A DNA stretch of 44,213 nucleotides, from positions 1 through 44,213 of the forward strand of contig JAKAFI010000001.1 of assembly GCA_021818005.1 (NCBI GenBank), written 5' to 3'. The notes under the pieces were generated by a model. The model was not told where the DNA came from. It was given only the letters and a program-made list of their open reading frames with translations, and searched no databases. A program made the position numbers and the translations under genes. This stretch comes from Acidobacteriota bacterium (GTDB lineage: Bacteria > Acidobacteriota > Thermoanaerobaculia > Thermoanaerobaculales > Thermoanaerobaculaceae). Shown piece by piece: positions 36,266 through 44,098 of the stretch (positions within the stretch are counted from its first letter, which is position 1; every line of letters begins with the position of its first letter).

Positions 36266-36853
36266 GTGCCGCTGACCCGGGACGAGTTGCTGCGCCGCGC
36301 GCGATCCGTCGAAGCGCTGGTGCTGGACGTTGACGGCGTGCTCACCGATGCGAGCCTGGTGTACGGCCCGCGCGGCGAGGAGTTCAAGGCGTTCTCGGCC
36401 CGTGATGGCTTCGCCGCCAAGCTCGCCGCCTCCGAGGGGATCGCGATCGCCATCCTGTCGGGGCGAACGAGCGCGGCCGTGCAGGCCCGCCTCGCCGAGC
36501 TCGGCGTGCCCCCCGAACGGGTCGTCCTCGGCAGCCGGGACAAGGCGGCGGACCTCGCCCACCTCGGCGAGCGCCTCGGCCTGCCGCTCGACCGCGTCGC
36601 GTTCATGGGCGACGACCTGCCGGACCTTCCGGCGCTCGCCGCCGCGGGGCTGGCCGCCTGCCCGGCCGACGCGCCGACCGAGGTGCGCGACCGGTGTCAT
36701 TTCATCGCGGCGACGCCTGGCGGTCGCGGCGCCGTCCGCGACCTCGTCCGTCTCGTCCTCGAGGCGAGAGGACGCTGGCACGACATCGTCGAGTCGTGGT
36801 GGCGCGGCGAGGCCGCAGCCGCTTTCTTCGGCGGCGGCCCCACCCGCACCTGA
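36266..36853 (+). CDS. kdsC: KDO 8-phosphate phosphatase-like HAD-IIIA hydrolase
   Basis: It has the LVLDVDGVLTD motif, then GIAIAILSGR, and GDDLPDLPA. The size is typical of KdsC. Confidence 0.75.
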   Translation: MPLTRDELLRRARSVEALVLDVDGVLTDASLVYGPRGEEFKAFSARDGFAAKLAASEGIAIAILSGRTSAAVQARLAELGVPPERVVLGSRDKAADLAHLGERLGLPLDRVAFMGDDLPDLPALAAAGLAACPADAPTEVRDRCHFIAATPGGRGAVRDLVRLVLEARGRWHDIVESWWRGEAAAAFFGGGPTRT

Positions 36854-36889
36854 GCAGCGGCGGCGCCGCTCCCGCCCTATAGTGGTGGT

Positions 36890-38329
36890 GTGAGCGTCGT
36901 GATCGAGGAGCTGCGTCCCGGTGTCTGGCAGGTCGCCCCCGCCGGTGGGATGACCGTGCCCGCCAGGATCTACGCCAGCGAGGCGCTGCTCGCCGCCGCC
37001 CGCGACGACCGGTCGATCGCGCAGGCGTGCAACGTCGCCCATCTGCCCGGGATCGTCGGGGCGTCCCTCGCGATGCCCGACCTCCACGAGGGGTACGGCT
37101 TCCCGATCGGTGGCGTGGCCGCGTTCGACCTCGACGAGGGCGTGGTCTCGCCCGGCGGCGTCGGCTACGACATCAACTGCGGCGTGCGCCTGATGCGCAC
37201 CGGGGTCGCGGCGGCGGACCTCGGGGATCGCCTCCGCCACCTGGTCGGGGCGATCCAGCGCGCCGTGCCGGCCGGGGTCGGAAGCGAGGGGGCGATCGCG
37301 TCCCTGTCCGAGGACGACCTCGACGAGGTGTTGCGCGACGGTGCGGCGTGGGCCGTGCGGCGCGGCTACGGCACTCCCGACGATCTCGAGACCACCGAGG
37401 TGTCCGGTTGCCTGCCCGGCGCCGACCCGAAGGCCGTCTCGCGGCGCGCGCGCGAGCGCGGCGCGCCGCAGCTCGGGACGCTCGGCTCCGGGAACCACTT
37501 CGCCGAGATCCAGGTCGTGGACGCGATCCTCGACCCGGCCGCGGCCGCCGCGTTCGGCCTCGTCGCCGGCAACCTGGCGGCCCTCCTCCACTCCGGCTCG
37601 CGCGGCCTCGGCTACCAGGTGTGCGACGACGCCCTGGCCGCCATGCATCACGGCGGCGGGGCGCGGTTGCCGCTCCCCGACCCCCAGCTCGTCGCCGAGC
37701 GCGCCTCCTCGCCCGCGGGCCGGCGCTACCTCGCGGCGATGCGCGCCGCCGCCAACTTCGCCTGGGCCAACCGCCAGGTGATGATGGCTCTGATCGAACG
37801 CGCCATGGCCCGGGTCCTGGGCGGCGACCGCGCTGCGCTCGGTTTCGCGCTCGTCTACGACGTGGCCCACAACATCGCCAAGCTCGAGGAGCACGAGGTG
37901 TGCGGCGCCAGGCGGACGCTGCTCGTCCACCGCAAGGGCGCGACGCGCGCGTTCCCCGCCGGCCACCCCGAGGTCCCGGTCGCGTACCGCGGCGTGGGCC
38001 AACCGGTGCTCATCCCCGGCGACATGGGGCGGCCCTCGTACGTGTGCGTCGGCACCGACGCGGCGATGGCCGAGACGTTCGGCTCGGCCGCGCACGGCGC
38101 CGGCCGCACGATGTCGCGCCACGCCGCCCGCCGCGCCTCGGGCGGCCGCGAGCTGACGCAGGAGATGCGGCGGCGCGGCGTCGTCGTCGTCGCCCGCTCG
38201 CCGAAGACGCTCGCCGAGGAGATGCCCGAGGCGTACAAGGACGCCGCCGCGGTGGTCGAGGCGCTGCGCGTCGCCGGCATCGCCCGCCCGGTCGCGCGCC
38301 TGCGGCCGCTCGGCGTCGTCAAGGGATGA
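36890..38329 (+). CDS. rtcB: RNA 3'-phosphate/5'-OH ligase RtcB
   Basis: RtcB motifs are present: MPDLHEGYGFPIGGV, GVGYDINCGVR, GTLGSGNHFAE, HSGSRGLG, HGAGR. Confidence 0.95.
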   Translation: MSVVIEELRPGVWQVAPAGGMTVPARIYASEALLAAARDDRSIAQACNVAHLPGIVGASLAMPDLHEGYGFPIGGVAAFDLDEGVVSPGGVGYDINCGVRLMRTGVAAADLGDRLRHLVGAIQRAVPAGVGSEGAIASLSEDDLDEVLRDGAAWAVRRGYGTPDDLETTEVSGCLPGADPKAVSRRARERGAPQLGTLGSGNHFAEIQVVDAILDPAAAAAFGLVAGNLAALLHSGSRGLGYQVCDDALAAMHHGGGARLPLPDPQLVAERASSPAGRRYLAAMRAAANFAWANRQVMMALIERAMARVLGGDRAALGFALVYDVAHNIAKLEEHEVCGARRTLLVHRKGATRAFPAGHPEVPVAYRGVGQPVLIPGDMGRPSYVCVGTDAAMAETFGSAAHGAGRTMSRHAARRASGGRELTQEMRRRGVVVVARSPKTLAEEMPEAYKDAAAVVEALRVAGIARPVARLRPLGVVKG

Positions 38330-38381
38330 GACACCTCACCCGCGGGCGTCTACTGCGTTGCCGGCGAGTTCGAGATCGGAG

Positions 38382-38431
38382 TGGTGCCCAGGGGCGGAAT
38401 TGAACCGTCGACACCGTGATTTTCAGTCACG
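38382..38431 (-). pseudogene. 3' fragment of tRNA-Phe(GAA): anticodon arm, variable loop, T-arm, acceptor 3' strand and CCA. Presumed att site remnant.
   Basis: The minus strand reads CGUGA-CUGAAAA-UCACG GUGUC GACGG-UUCAAUU-CCGCC CCUGGGC ACCA. The D-arm and the 5' acceptor strand (GCCCAGG) are absent from the adjoining sequence. One T-stem pair is an A.C mismatch. Confidence 0.75.
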
Positions 38432-38492
38432 CCGAATCTCATTTGCAAGACTTACAGAACATTCGCGAGACGAATTGAGACGTCGCGCAAAC

Positions 38493-38521
38493 TTGACAAT
38501 GACGAGAGTTAGCGTTAGATT
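38493..38521 (+). promoter_or_regulatory. Candidate sigma-70-type promoter for the integrase
   Basis: TTGACA (38493-38498), a 17-nt spacer and TAGATT (38516-38521) lie in a locally GC-poorer stretch about 100 nt upstream of the int ATG. Confidence 0.45.
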
Positions 38522-38565
38522 TCTTTCGATGGCGCGTGACGACGTTCCCGACCGTCTCAAGAAAA

Positions 38566-38586
38566 GTGTTGACCCGGTGTTGACCC
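38566..38586 (+). repeat. Tandem direct repeat GTGTTGACCC x2 (11-bp register) in the int leader
   Basis: GTGTTGACCC occurs at 38566-38575 and again at 38577-38586. The inverted repeat GTGACT-agg-AGTCAC at 38607-38621 follows and covers the int RBS. Confidence 0.6.
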
Positions 38587-38622
38587 AGAACCGGCCAACC
38601 GAGCACGTGACTAGGAGTCACC

Positions 38623-39858
38623 ATGCCAAAGCGCGCACCGTTTGACCTCAAGACGCTTCACAAACTGGAACCCCGGAAGAAGCGGTATGACTACCGCGAC
38701 GCGACGCCGGGGCTGGTACTCCGAGTCACGCCGACGGGCGCGAAGACGTTCTGTTGGGTGCATCGCGTCGGCTCGCGCGTGGAGCGGGTGCGCCTCGCCG
38801 ATCTCGCCGAGGTGGAGAGCATCGAGGACATGCGCCAGTTGGCCCGCGAGTACAACGCCTCACTTGGGCGCGGCGAGAACCCCGCCGAGAAGCGCCGGGC
38901 CGTCTCGCGCGAGATGACGCTCGCGGAGTTGTGGAGCATGTACCTCGAGCGCCACGCCAAGGTGAACAAGCGCGCATGGCAGCAAGACGAGCAGAGGTGG
39001 AACAAACACCTCAAGAGCGCGTGGGGCTCGCGCCCGCTGTCGACGATCCGGCGGGCTGAGGTAGTCCACCTGCTCGAGCGGATCAAGGCCAAGGCCGGGC
39101 CGGTGCAGGCCAACCGGGTCCGGGCGCTGCTGCACACCATGTTCGCCAAGGGGCAGAGCTGGGGGCTCGAGCTGACGAACCCCGCCACGGGCACTCCCCG
39201 CAACCGCGAGACGGCGAAGGAACGCTACCTCGCCCCGAAGGAACTGCGGGCGTTCATCCGCGCCGCTCAAGCCGAGCCCGACTCGGACGTGCGCGACCAC
39301 CTCTTGCTGCTGCTGTTCACCGGCGTTCGTGGGCACACGCTCCGGGCCGCGCGATGGGCCGATATCAACCTACGCGACGGCGTGTGGAACATTCCCCCGG
39401 CCGCCATGAAAGCGGGGCGCCCGCTCACGCTCCCGCTCGCCTCCCCCGTCGTCGAGATGCTGACTGAGCGGCGGGAACTGCTGCCGGCGGCCGCCGAGTA
39501 CGTGTTCCCCTCCCCTCGCGCCAGCGAGGGCCACCTGCACAACCTCCCCCGCACCGGCTGGCTGCGGGTGTTGAAAGCGGCCGAACTCCCCGACCTGACC
39601 CCGCACACGTTGCGCCGCACGTTCGCAACCTACGCGGTCGGCGCCGGGACGCCGATCGAGGTGATCGGGCGCGCGCTCGGGCACACGCAGCCGGGCGGGA
39701 TCACGGCAATCTACGCGAGGATTCACCCGGACATTGTGCGGCGGGCCGTCGAGGCCACCGTCAGGGCGATGATCGCCGTCGCTGAGGTGAGCGACGAACA
39801 AGCCGAGGTGCTCGCCTTCCCCGTCCCCGACCTCGCCACCATTGCGGAGGTGAACTGA
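38623..39858 (+). CDS. int: Tyrosine recombinase / phage integrase (P4-type, with N-terminal arm-binding DUF4102-like domain)
   Basis: The N-terminus is RKKRYDYRDATPGLVLRVTPTGAKTFCW. The catalytic region has LLLFTGVRGHTLRAARW, HTLRRTFAT, GH and IYAR, giving the R-H-R-Y constellation. Confidence 0.95.
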   Translation: MPKRAPFDLKTLHKLEPRKKRYDYRDATPGLVLRVTPTGAKTFCWVHRVGSRVERVRLADLAEVESIEDMRQLAREYNASLGRGENPAEKRRAVSREMTLAELWSMYLERHAKVNKRAWQQDEQRWNKHLKSAWGSRPLSTIRRAEVVHLLERIKAKAGPVQANRVRALLHTMFAKGQSWGLELTNPATGTPRNRETAKERYLAPKELRAFIRAAQAEPDSDVRDHLLLLLFTGVRGHTLRAARWADINLRDGVWNIPPAAMKAGRPLTLPLASPVVEMLTERRELLPAAAEYVFPSPRASEGHLHNLPRTGWLRVLKAAELPDLTPHTLRRTFATYAVGAGTPIEVIGRALGHTQPGGITAIYARIHPDIVRRAVEATVRAMIAVAEVSDEQAEVLAFPVPDLATIAEVN

Positions 39859-40616
39859 TGGCTGGCCCGACGGTGCGGCTCGGCATGGCCGCGGTCAGCA
39901 CCCCCGCCGAGATTCAACAGGACGCGCGGCGGGCGTTCCTCGGCGCGTTGGCGACGGTTACCCCCGAGGTGCCGGAGGCGCTCGCCGAGCTGCTTACGGT
40001 CCACGACTGGAATCCCGGGCTCGATCAAGGCGTGTTCACCTCGTCACCGCCGACCGATTTCTACCCGCTGCCCGGTGGCGAGTACGCCGAACTTCCCACG
40101 GGTGAACGCGGCGAGGCGCTTCTACGATGGGGTAAGAGGTATCACCTAATGGCGCCGTGGCTACTGGAAACCGCGTTTCGGACGCTGAGGGCGTGGAACC
40201 TCGCCGGCGGCTGTGACCTCACCGACCCGTGGCCGTGGTGGGGGCTGGCAGGGCGGGCGGGCGGCTTCCCTTTGACCACCAACGAGGCCGCCGTCGCCGT
40301 TCAATACGAGCCGTCCACCGAACGCCGCGAGTCAGCCGAGGCCCGGATCAAGCGGCACCTCGACGCAATCGAGGCGCTCGCCCGGGAGCGGGGCTGGCAG
40401 GGGCCGGGCAAACGGCCGGCGTGGCACTTTGACGCGCTGGCACTCTGGAACTGTCGCGGATGGGACGCTGCCGAGATTCTCCGCTACCGCGGGAAGCGGC
40501 GCCTCGCGGCGCAACAGGGGCCGCTCAAGGCGATCAAGAGCGCCGTCTCGGACCTCGCCGACCTGCTCCCGCTCCCCCGCCGTCGTGGGCACCCCGGCCG
40601 GCGCCGTATACCGTGA
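39858..40616 (+). CDS. Hypothetical protein, translationally coupled to int
   Basis: Its ATG overlaps the int TGA (ATGA-type junction at 39855-39860). It is 252 aa and Trp-rich. I recognise no family. Confidence 0.55.
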   Translation: MAGPTVRLGMAAVSTPAEIQQDARRAFLGALATVTPEVPEALAELLTVHDWNPGLDQGVFTSSPPTDFYPLPGGEYAELPTGERGEALLRWGKRYHLMAPWLLETAFRTLRAWNLAGGCDLTDPWPWWGLAGRAGGFPLTTNEAAVAVQYEPSTERRESAEARIKRHLDAIEALARERGWQGPGKRPAWHFDALALWNCRGWDAAEILRYRGKRRLAAQQGPLKAIKSAVSDLADLLPLPRRRGHPGRRRIP

Positions 40617-40643
40617 CGTTTCGCCGTTCCTCTCAAACGTCAC
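40613..40643 (+). terminator. Hairpin at the end of the int operon
   Basis: GTGACGTTT (40613-40621) pairs with AAACGTCAC (40635-40643) across a 13-nt loop. The hairpin overlaps the stop codon of the preceding ORF. Confidence 0.35.
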
Positions 40644-40714
40644 GTTATAACTAACTCTTTCCGCTTGACTTACGCTATCGCTCACCCGATTCTCGAAGTG
40701 TGGGAGGTGCAGCG

Positions 40715-40918
40715 ATGACGGACTTCCTGAAACCCCGGCAGGCTTCGGCATTCCTCTTGGAGCGCGGCATTCGGCTCGCGCCCGCTACCCTCAATTCCTG
40801 GCGGTGCACGAACCCGAGCCGGTTGCCGTTCGTGCGGATCGGCGGGCGCATCTACTACAAGCGGGAGGCGCTCGAGCGGCTGTGCGCGGCCGAGGATCAG
40901 GCCGAGCAAGGGCGGTGA
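40715..40918 (+). CDS. Excisionase/AlpA-like MerR-type HTH DNA-binding protein
   Basis: FLKPRQASAFLLERGIRLAPATLNSWRCTNPSRLPFVRIGGRIYYKREALERL is an HTH_17/Xis-type pattern. A GGGAGG RBS lies 7 nt upstream. A TTGACT-N17-GATTCT promoter-like site is at 40665-40693. Confidence 0.65.
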   Translation: MTDFLKPRQASAFLLERGIRLAPATLNSWRCTNPSRLPFVRIGGRIYYKREALERLCAAEDQAEQGR

Positions 40919-40921
40919 GCG

Positions 40922-41122
40922 ATGGCCGCCACAGACGACGAACGGGCGCCCGTGAAGCGCCCGCCCGGATACCGCCGACACCTTCATCGTAAGCTCGCCT
41001 GCTCTTGTTGGCAAGTCCACCGCCGGCGCCTCGACGCCCTCGCGCTCGCGCTGCTGGTCGCGGCGCTCGCGGTCGCGACCGTGGCGCTGTGGCGCTTAGC
41101 GCTGCTGGCGGTGGCGAGATGA
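40922..41122 (+). CDS. Small hypothetical protein with C-terminal TM segment
   Basis: It is 66 aa. The C-terminal LALALLVAALAVATVALWRLALLAV is hydrophobic. Its stop overlaps the next start (ATGA). Confidence 0.4.
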   Translation: MAATDDERAPVKRPPGYRRHLHRKLACSCWQVHRRRLDALALALLVAALAVATVALWRLALLAVAR

Positions 41123-41391
41123 GCGGCGCCGGCACCATGAAGCCGCTACTCGAGGCGGAGGCGAGGGAGAGGCAGCGCGCGGCCGGCCGCGGCCCATCTC
41201 ACGCCGGGGCAGGGTCAAGAAGCTTCTCTTCCATGGAGGAGAAGGTACTTCCAAAGGGCAAAGCACAGGATCTCGTGGGCGCGAAGTTCGGCGTGTCCGG
41301 CAAGGCGCGAGGGCTGATTCACGTCGCCGAGCTGCTCGCGCGCGATCCGCTGGTCGCGGTGGCGCGCCGACGGGCAAAGGCGGCCCGATGA
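41119..41391 (+). CDS. Small phage-type HTH-like protein
   Basis: LLEAEARERQRAAGRG...KGKAQDLVGAKFGVSGKARGLIHVAELL resembles the short ParB-C/HTH-like proteins common in prophage early regions. This call rests on pattern memory only. Confidence 0.4.
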   Translation: MSGAGTMKPLLEAEARERQRAAGRGPSHAGAGSRSFSSMEEKVLPKGKAQDLVGAKFGVSGKARGLIHVAELLARDPLVAVARRRAKAAR

Positions 41392-42176
41392 GCGGCGCCC
41401 CGGGACCGTGGGATCTCCTCCGGGCGGTGTTCTCGCCGGTGAGCGACCTGGGGCACGCCGAGCGCTCCGTGTTGGCGTCTCTACTGCAACACGGCGACGG
41501 TGCCACCGGGCGCGGGTCGAGGCCGTCAATCCGTCGGCTCGCGGCGTGTACGGGTCTCCACCATGCGACCGTGATTCGCGCGATCCGTGTCCTGGTCGCG
41601 GCTGGTCTCGTGAACCGAACCCAGCGAACGAACGGAGCTCGCGCCGAGTACACGGTGAACGTTGAGCAGCTCCTAAACCGTGTCTCGGATGCTACCGGTC
41701 GCAACGGAGTACCGGTACTCGAATGCGAACGCACCGTGTCTCCTTTGCGAACGCTACCGTTCGCATCCGAGACACCGACCGTGCCTTTGCCTTTATCCGT
41801 GCCAAAGAGAAAGAGAGCTCCCTCGACACCAGGGACGAACGACGCACCCTTTGAGGCGTGGTGGTCGCTGTACCGGACCCGTACGGGCCGGGGGACCGAG
41901 AAGGCGGCTTCGTGGAAGGCGTACGGCCGCCTCCCGGCGGTGGATCGTGAAGCGCTACTGGATCGAACCGAGGCATGGTTCGCGGCCCGAGACCGCTTGC
42001 GCGCCGCGGGCGCTTTCGTTCCTGAGGCACCGGACCCGAAGCGCTACCTCGCCAAGCGACGCTGGACTGACGAATTCGACGTGCCGGCGGTGTCTGCCTC
42101 TCGGCGGGTGCCGTCGGCTGACGACCTCGAGGCGCTGCGCCTCGCGCGCGAGGACGACGGCGAGGCGCGCCGATGA
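41388..42176 (+). CDS. Winged-HTH replication-initiation / helicase-loader-like protein
   Basis: It has an N-terminal wHTH (SIRRLAACTGLHHATVIRAIRVLVAAGLV). The C-terminal segment (FEAWWSLY...KRYLAKRRWTDEF) is typical of phage proteins encoded just upstream of dnaB. Start and stop overlap the neighbouring genes. Confidence 0.5.
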   Translation: MSGAPGPWDLLRAVFSPVSDLGHAERSVLASLLQHGDGATGRGSRPSIRRLAACTGLHHATVIRAIRVLVAAGLVNRTQRTNGARAEYTVNVEQLLNRVSDATGRNGVPVLECERTVSPLRTLPFASETPTVPLPLSVPKRKRAPSTPGTNDAPFEAWWSLYRTRTGRGTEKAASWKAYGRLPAVDREALLDRTEAWFAARDRLRAAGAFVPEAPDPKRYLAKRRWTDEFDVPAVSASRRVPSADDLEALRLAREDDGEARR

Positions 42177-43462
42177 GCGCCGCCACCGTGGCCGCCGAGC
42201 GTGCCGTGCTCGGGGCGTTGCTCGCCGACGCTGAGGCGTTTGCGCGCGTGGAACCGATTCTCGACGCTGAGGACTTCAGCACCGACCTCGGGCGCGCCTG
42301 CTGGCGCGCGGCCGGCCGCCTGGCCCGCGCTGGCGCGGCGGTGGACGTCGTGACCTTGACCGCGGACCTCGAGCTTGCCGGCGACCTGGGCCGCGTCGGC
42401 GGCGCGGCGGCGGTGTCCGAGCTGGCCGAGGGGCTGCCGGACCCGGCCAACGTGGAGCACTACGCCGCGATCCTCAAGGGGGCGGGCGTCAAGCGGGAGC
42501 TGGCGACGTTCGCGCGTTGGCTTGGCGCTGAGGCGGCGCAAGCTGAGGGCGCTGGAGAGACGCTCGCTGGCGAGGCGGCGGGGCGCCTAGCGCGCATCGC
42601 CGGGCCCGGTGGCAAGGCTGGCGCCGAGGACGTCGGCGCGATCGCCTCGCGTGAGCTTCGCCGAATCGAGGCGATCGGCACCGAGGGATCGGCCGGGCTG
42701 TCGCTCGGCTACCCGGACCTCGACCGCATCCTCGCCGGCGGGCTCGAGCCCGGGGCGCTGGCGATCGTCGCGGCGCGGCCGGGCGTCGGCAAGACGGCGC
42801 TGCTCGGTAACGTCGCGATCAAGGCGTGCGACCGTGGCGCGCGGGCGATGCTCTTTAGCCTCGAGATGCCGTCCGAGGCAATCGTGCGGCGCCTGCTGGC
42901 GGCACTGGCCCGCGTGCCGTTGACGCACCTGCGCGAAGGTCGCCTCGACTCGGAGGAGTGGAACCGGCTCGCGTGGGCTCAGGACCGTCTCGACGGCTAC
43001 CGGCTGGCGATTGACGACACCCCGGCGCTGACGACCGACCAGGTGCTCGCCCGCGCGCGCCGGCGGGCACTCGCGGGCGGACTCGACCTCGTGCTCGTGG
43101 ACTACCTCGGCAAGCTCTCCGCTCGGGGCGAGAACAGGACCGCCGCGGTCGGGGCGATCGCGCGCGGGCTCAAGGACGCGGCGCGTGCGCTCAACGTGCC
43201 GGTGATCGCGGCAGCGCAGTTGAACCGCGGCAACGTCCGCGAGGACCGGCCGCCGACGCTCTCGGACCTGCGCGATAGCGGCGAAATCGAGCAGGAGGCC
43301 GACGTTGTGATCCTCCTGGCCCCGATCCTGACGGGTGACGCGGCGCGCGTCGTGCAGGTGGACGTCGCCAAGCACCGCAACGGGCCGACGGGAGCCTGCA
43401 AGCTCGTGTTCGCCGAGAGCACCGTCCGCTTCACGAGCTACGGCGCCGGCGGTGGGCGATGA
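42173..43462 (+). CDS. DnaB-family replicative DNA helicase (element-encoded)
   Basis: The N-terminal DnaB domain reads ERAVLGALLAD...VVTLTADLE. The RecA-like domain reads GYPDLDRILAGGLEPGALAIVAARPGVGKTALLGNVA, LVLVDYLG, PVIAAAQLNR, LSDLRDSGEIEQEADVV, KHRNGPTG. Confidence 0.9.
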   Translation: MSAATVAAERAVLGALLADAEAFARVEPILDAEDFSTDLGRACWRAAGRLARAGAAVDVVTLTADLELAGDLGRVGGAAAVSELAEGLPDPANVEHYAAILKGAGVKRELATFARWLGAEAAQAEGAGETLAGEAAGRLARIAGPGGKAGAEDVGAIASRELRRIEAIGTEGSAGLSLGYPDLDRILAGGLEPGALAIVAARPGVGKTALLGNVAIKACDRGARAMLFSLEMPSEAIVRRLLAALARVPLTHLREGRLDSEEWNRLAWAQDRLDGYRLAIDDTPALTTDQVLARARRRALAGGLDLVLVDYLGKLSARGENRTAAVGAIARGLKDAARALNVPVIAAAQLNRGNVREDRPPTLSDLRDSGEIEQEADVVILLAPILTGDAARVVQVDVAKHRNGPTGACKLVFAESTVRFTSYGAGGGR

Positions 43463-43609
43463 CGCGACCGGCGAACGTCAAGAGTGAGACGGGCGCGGCG
43501 CGGACTGCATCGGCGGGCCAACCGACCGAAACCATCATTTTGGGTAATCGGGCTGGTAACGGGGGCGAAGTACCTGCGCTGGCAAGTGGTTCGCGAGAGT
43601 TGAGATTGA

Positions 43610-44098
43610 GTGGACGTGCGCGTGTGCGCTGATCCCCGAGTCGACCGCGCGATCCGCCGCGAACTCGACTGCGACCCGCGGGCGTCGGCAGCTGCGATCG
43701 CGCGTCGTGTTGCCGCGGCGCTGGGGTTGCCGCCGTCGCGGGTGCGGTCGGTGCGGCGCGCGGTGGCCAAGTTGGCCATGCAGGCCAGCGGGGCGGGGAC
43801 GACACTGGAAAGTGGAGGTGGCAAAATGCCGAGAAGCGCACAGCGGAGCGGGCGGCCGACGGGGTTGGCGGCGCTGGTCGGTGCTGACGTCGAGGCCCGC
43901 GCCGTGGGCGGTTCGTGCTACCGCGGCCGGCTCGTGCGCCTGGCCGACGGCTTCCTCGAGATCGAGAGGGGGACGAACGCGCGGACGATCTTCGTCTCGA
44001 CGGGCCACTTGGTCGCGCTCATGGACGAAAGCGCGCCACGACTGCACGAGGTCGGCCGCCGCGACGCCGAGGCGGCGTTCGATTCGGAGGAGGTGTGA
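43610..44098 (+). CDS. Hypothetical protein (possible N-terminal HTH)
   Basis: The ORF starts with GTG, and the start is uncertain. It contains ASAAAIARRVAAALGLPPSRVRSVRRAV, which is HTH-like. I recognise no family. Confidence 0.35.
   Translation: MDVRVCADPRVDRAIRRELDCDPRASAAAIARRVAAALGLPPSRVRSVRRAVAKLAMQASGAGTTLESGGGKMPRSAQRSGRPTGLAALVGADVEARAVGGSCYRGRLVRLADGFLEIERGTNARTIFVSTGHLVALMDESAPRLHEVGRRDAEAAFDSEEV

Noticed and set aside
38382-38460. An intact tRNA-Phe gene on the minus strand.
   Set aside because: Only the anticodon arm through CCA is present. The expected D-arm (GCUCAGU.GGUAGAGC) and 5' acceptor strand GCCCAGG are not found in 38432..38460.
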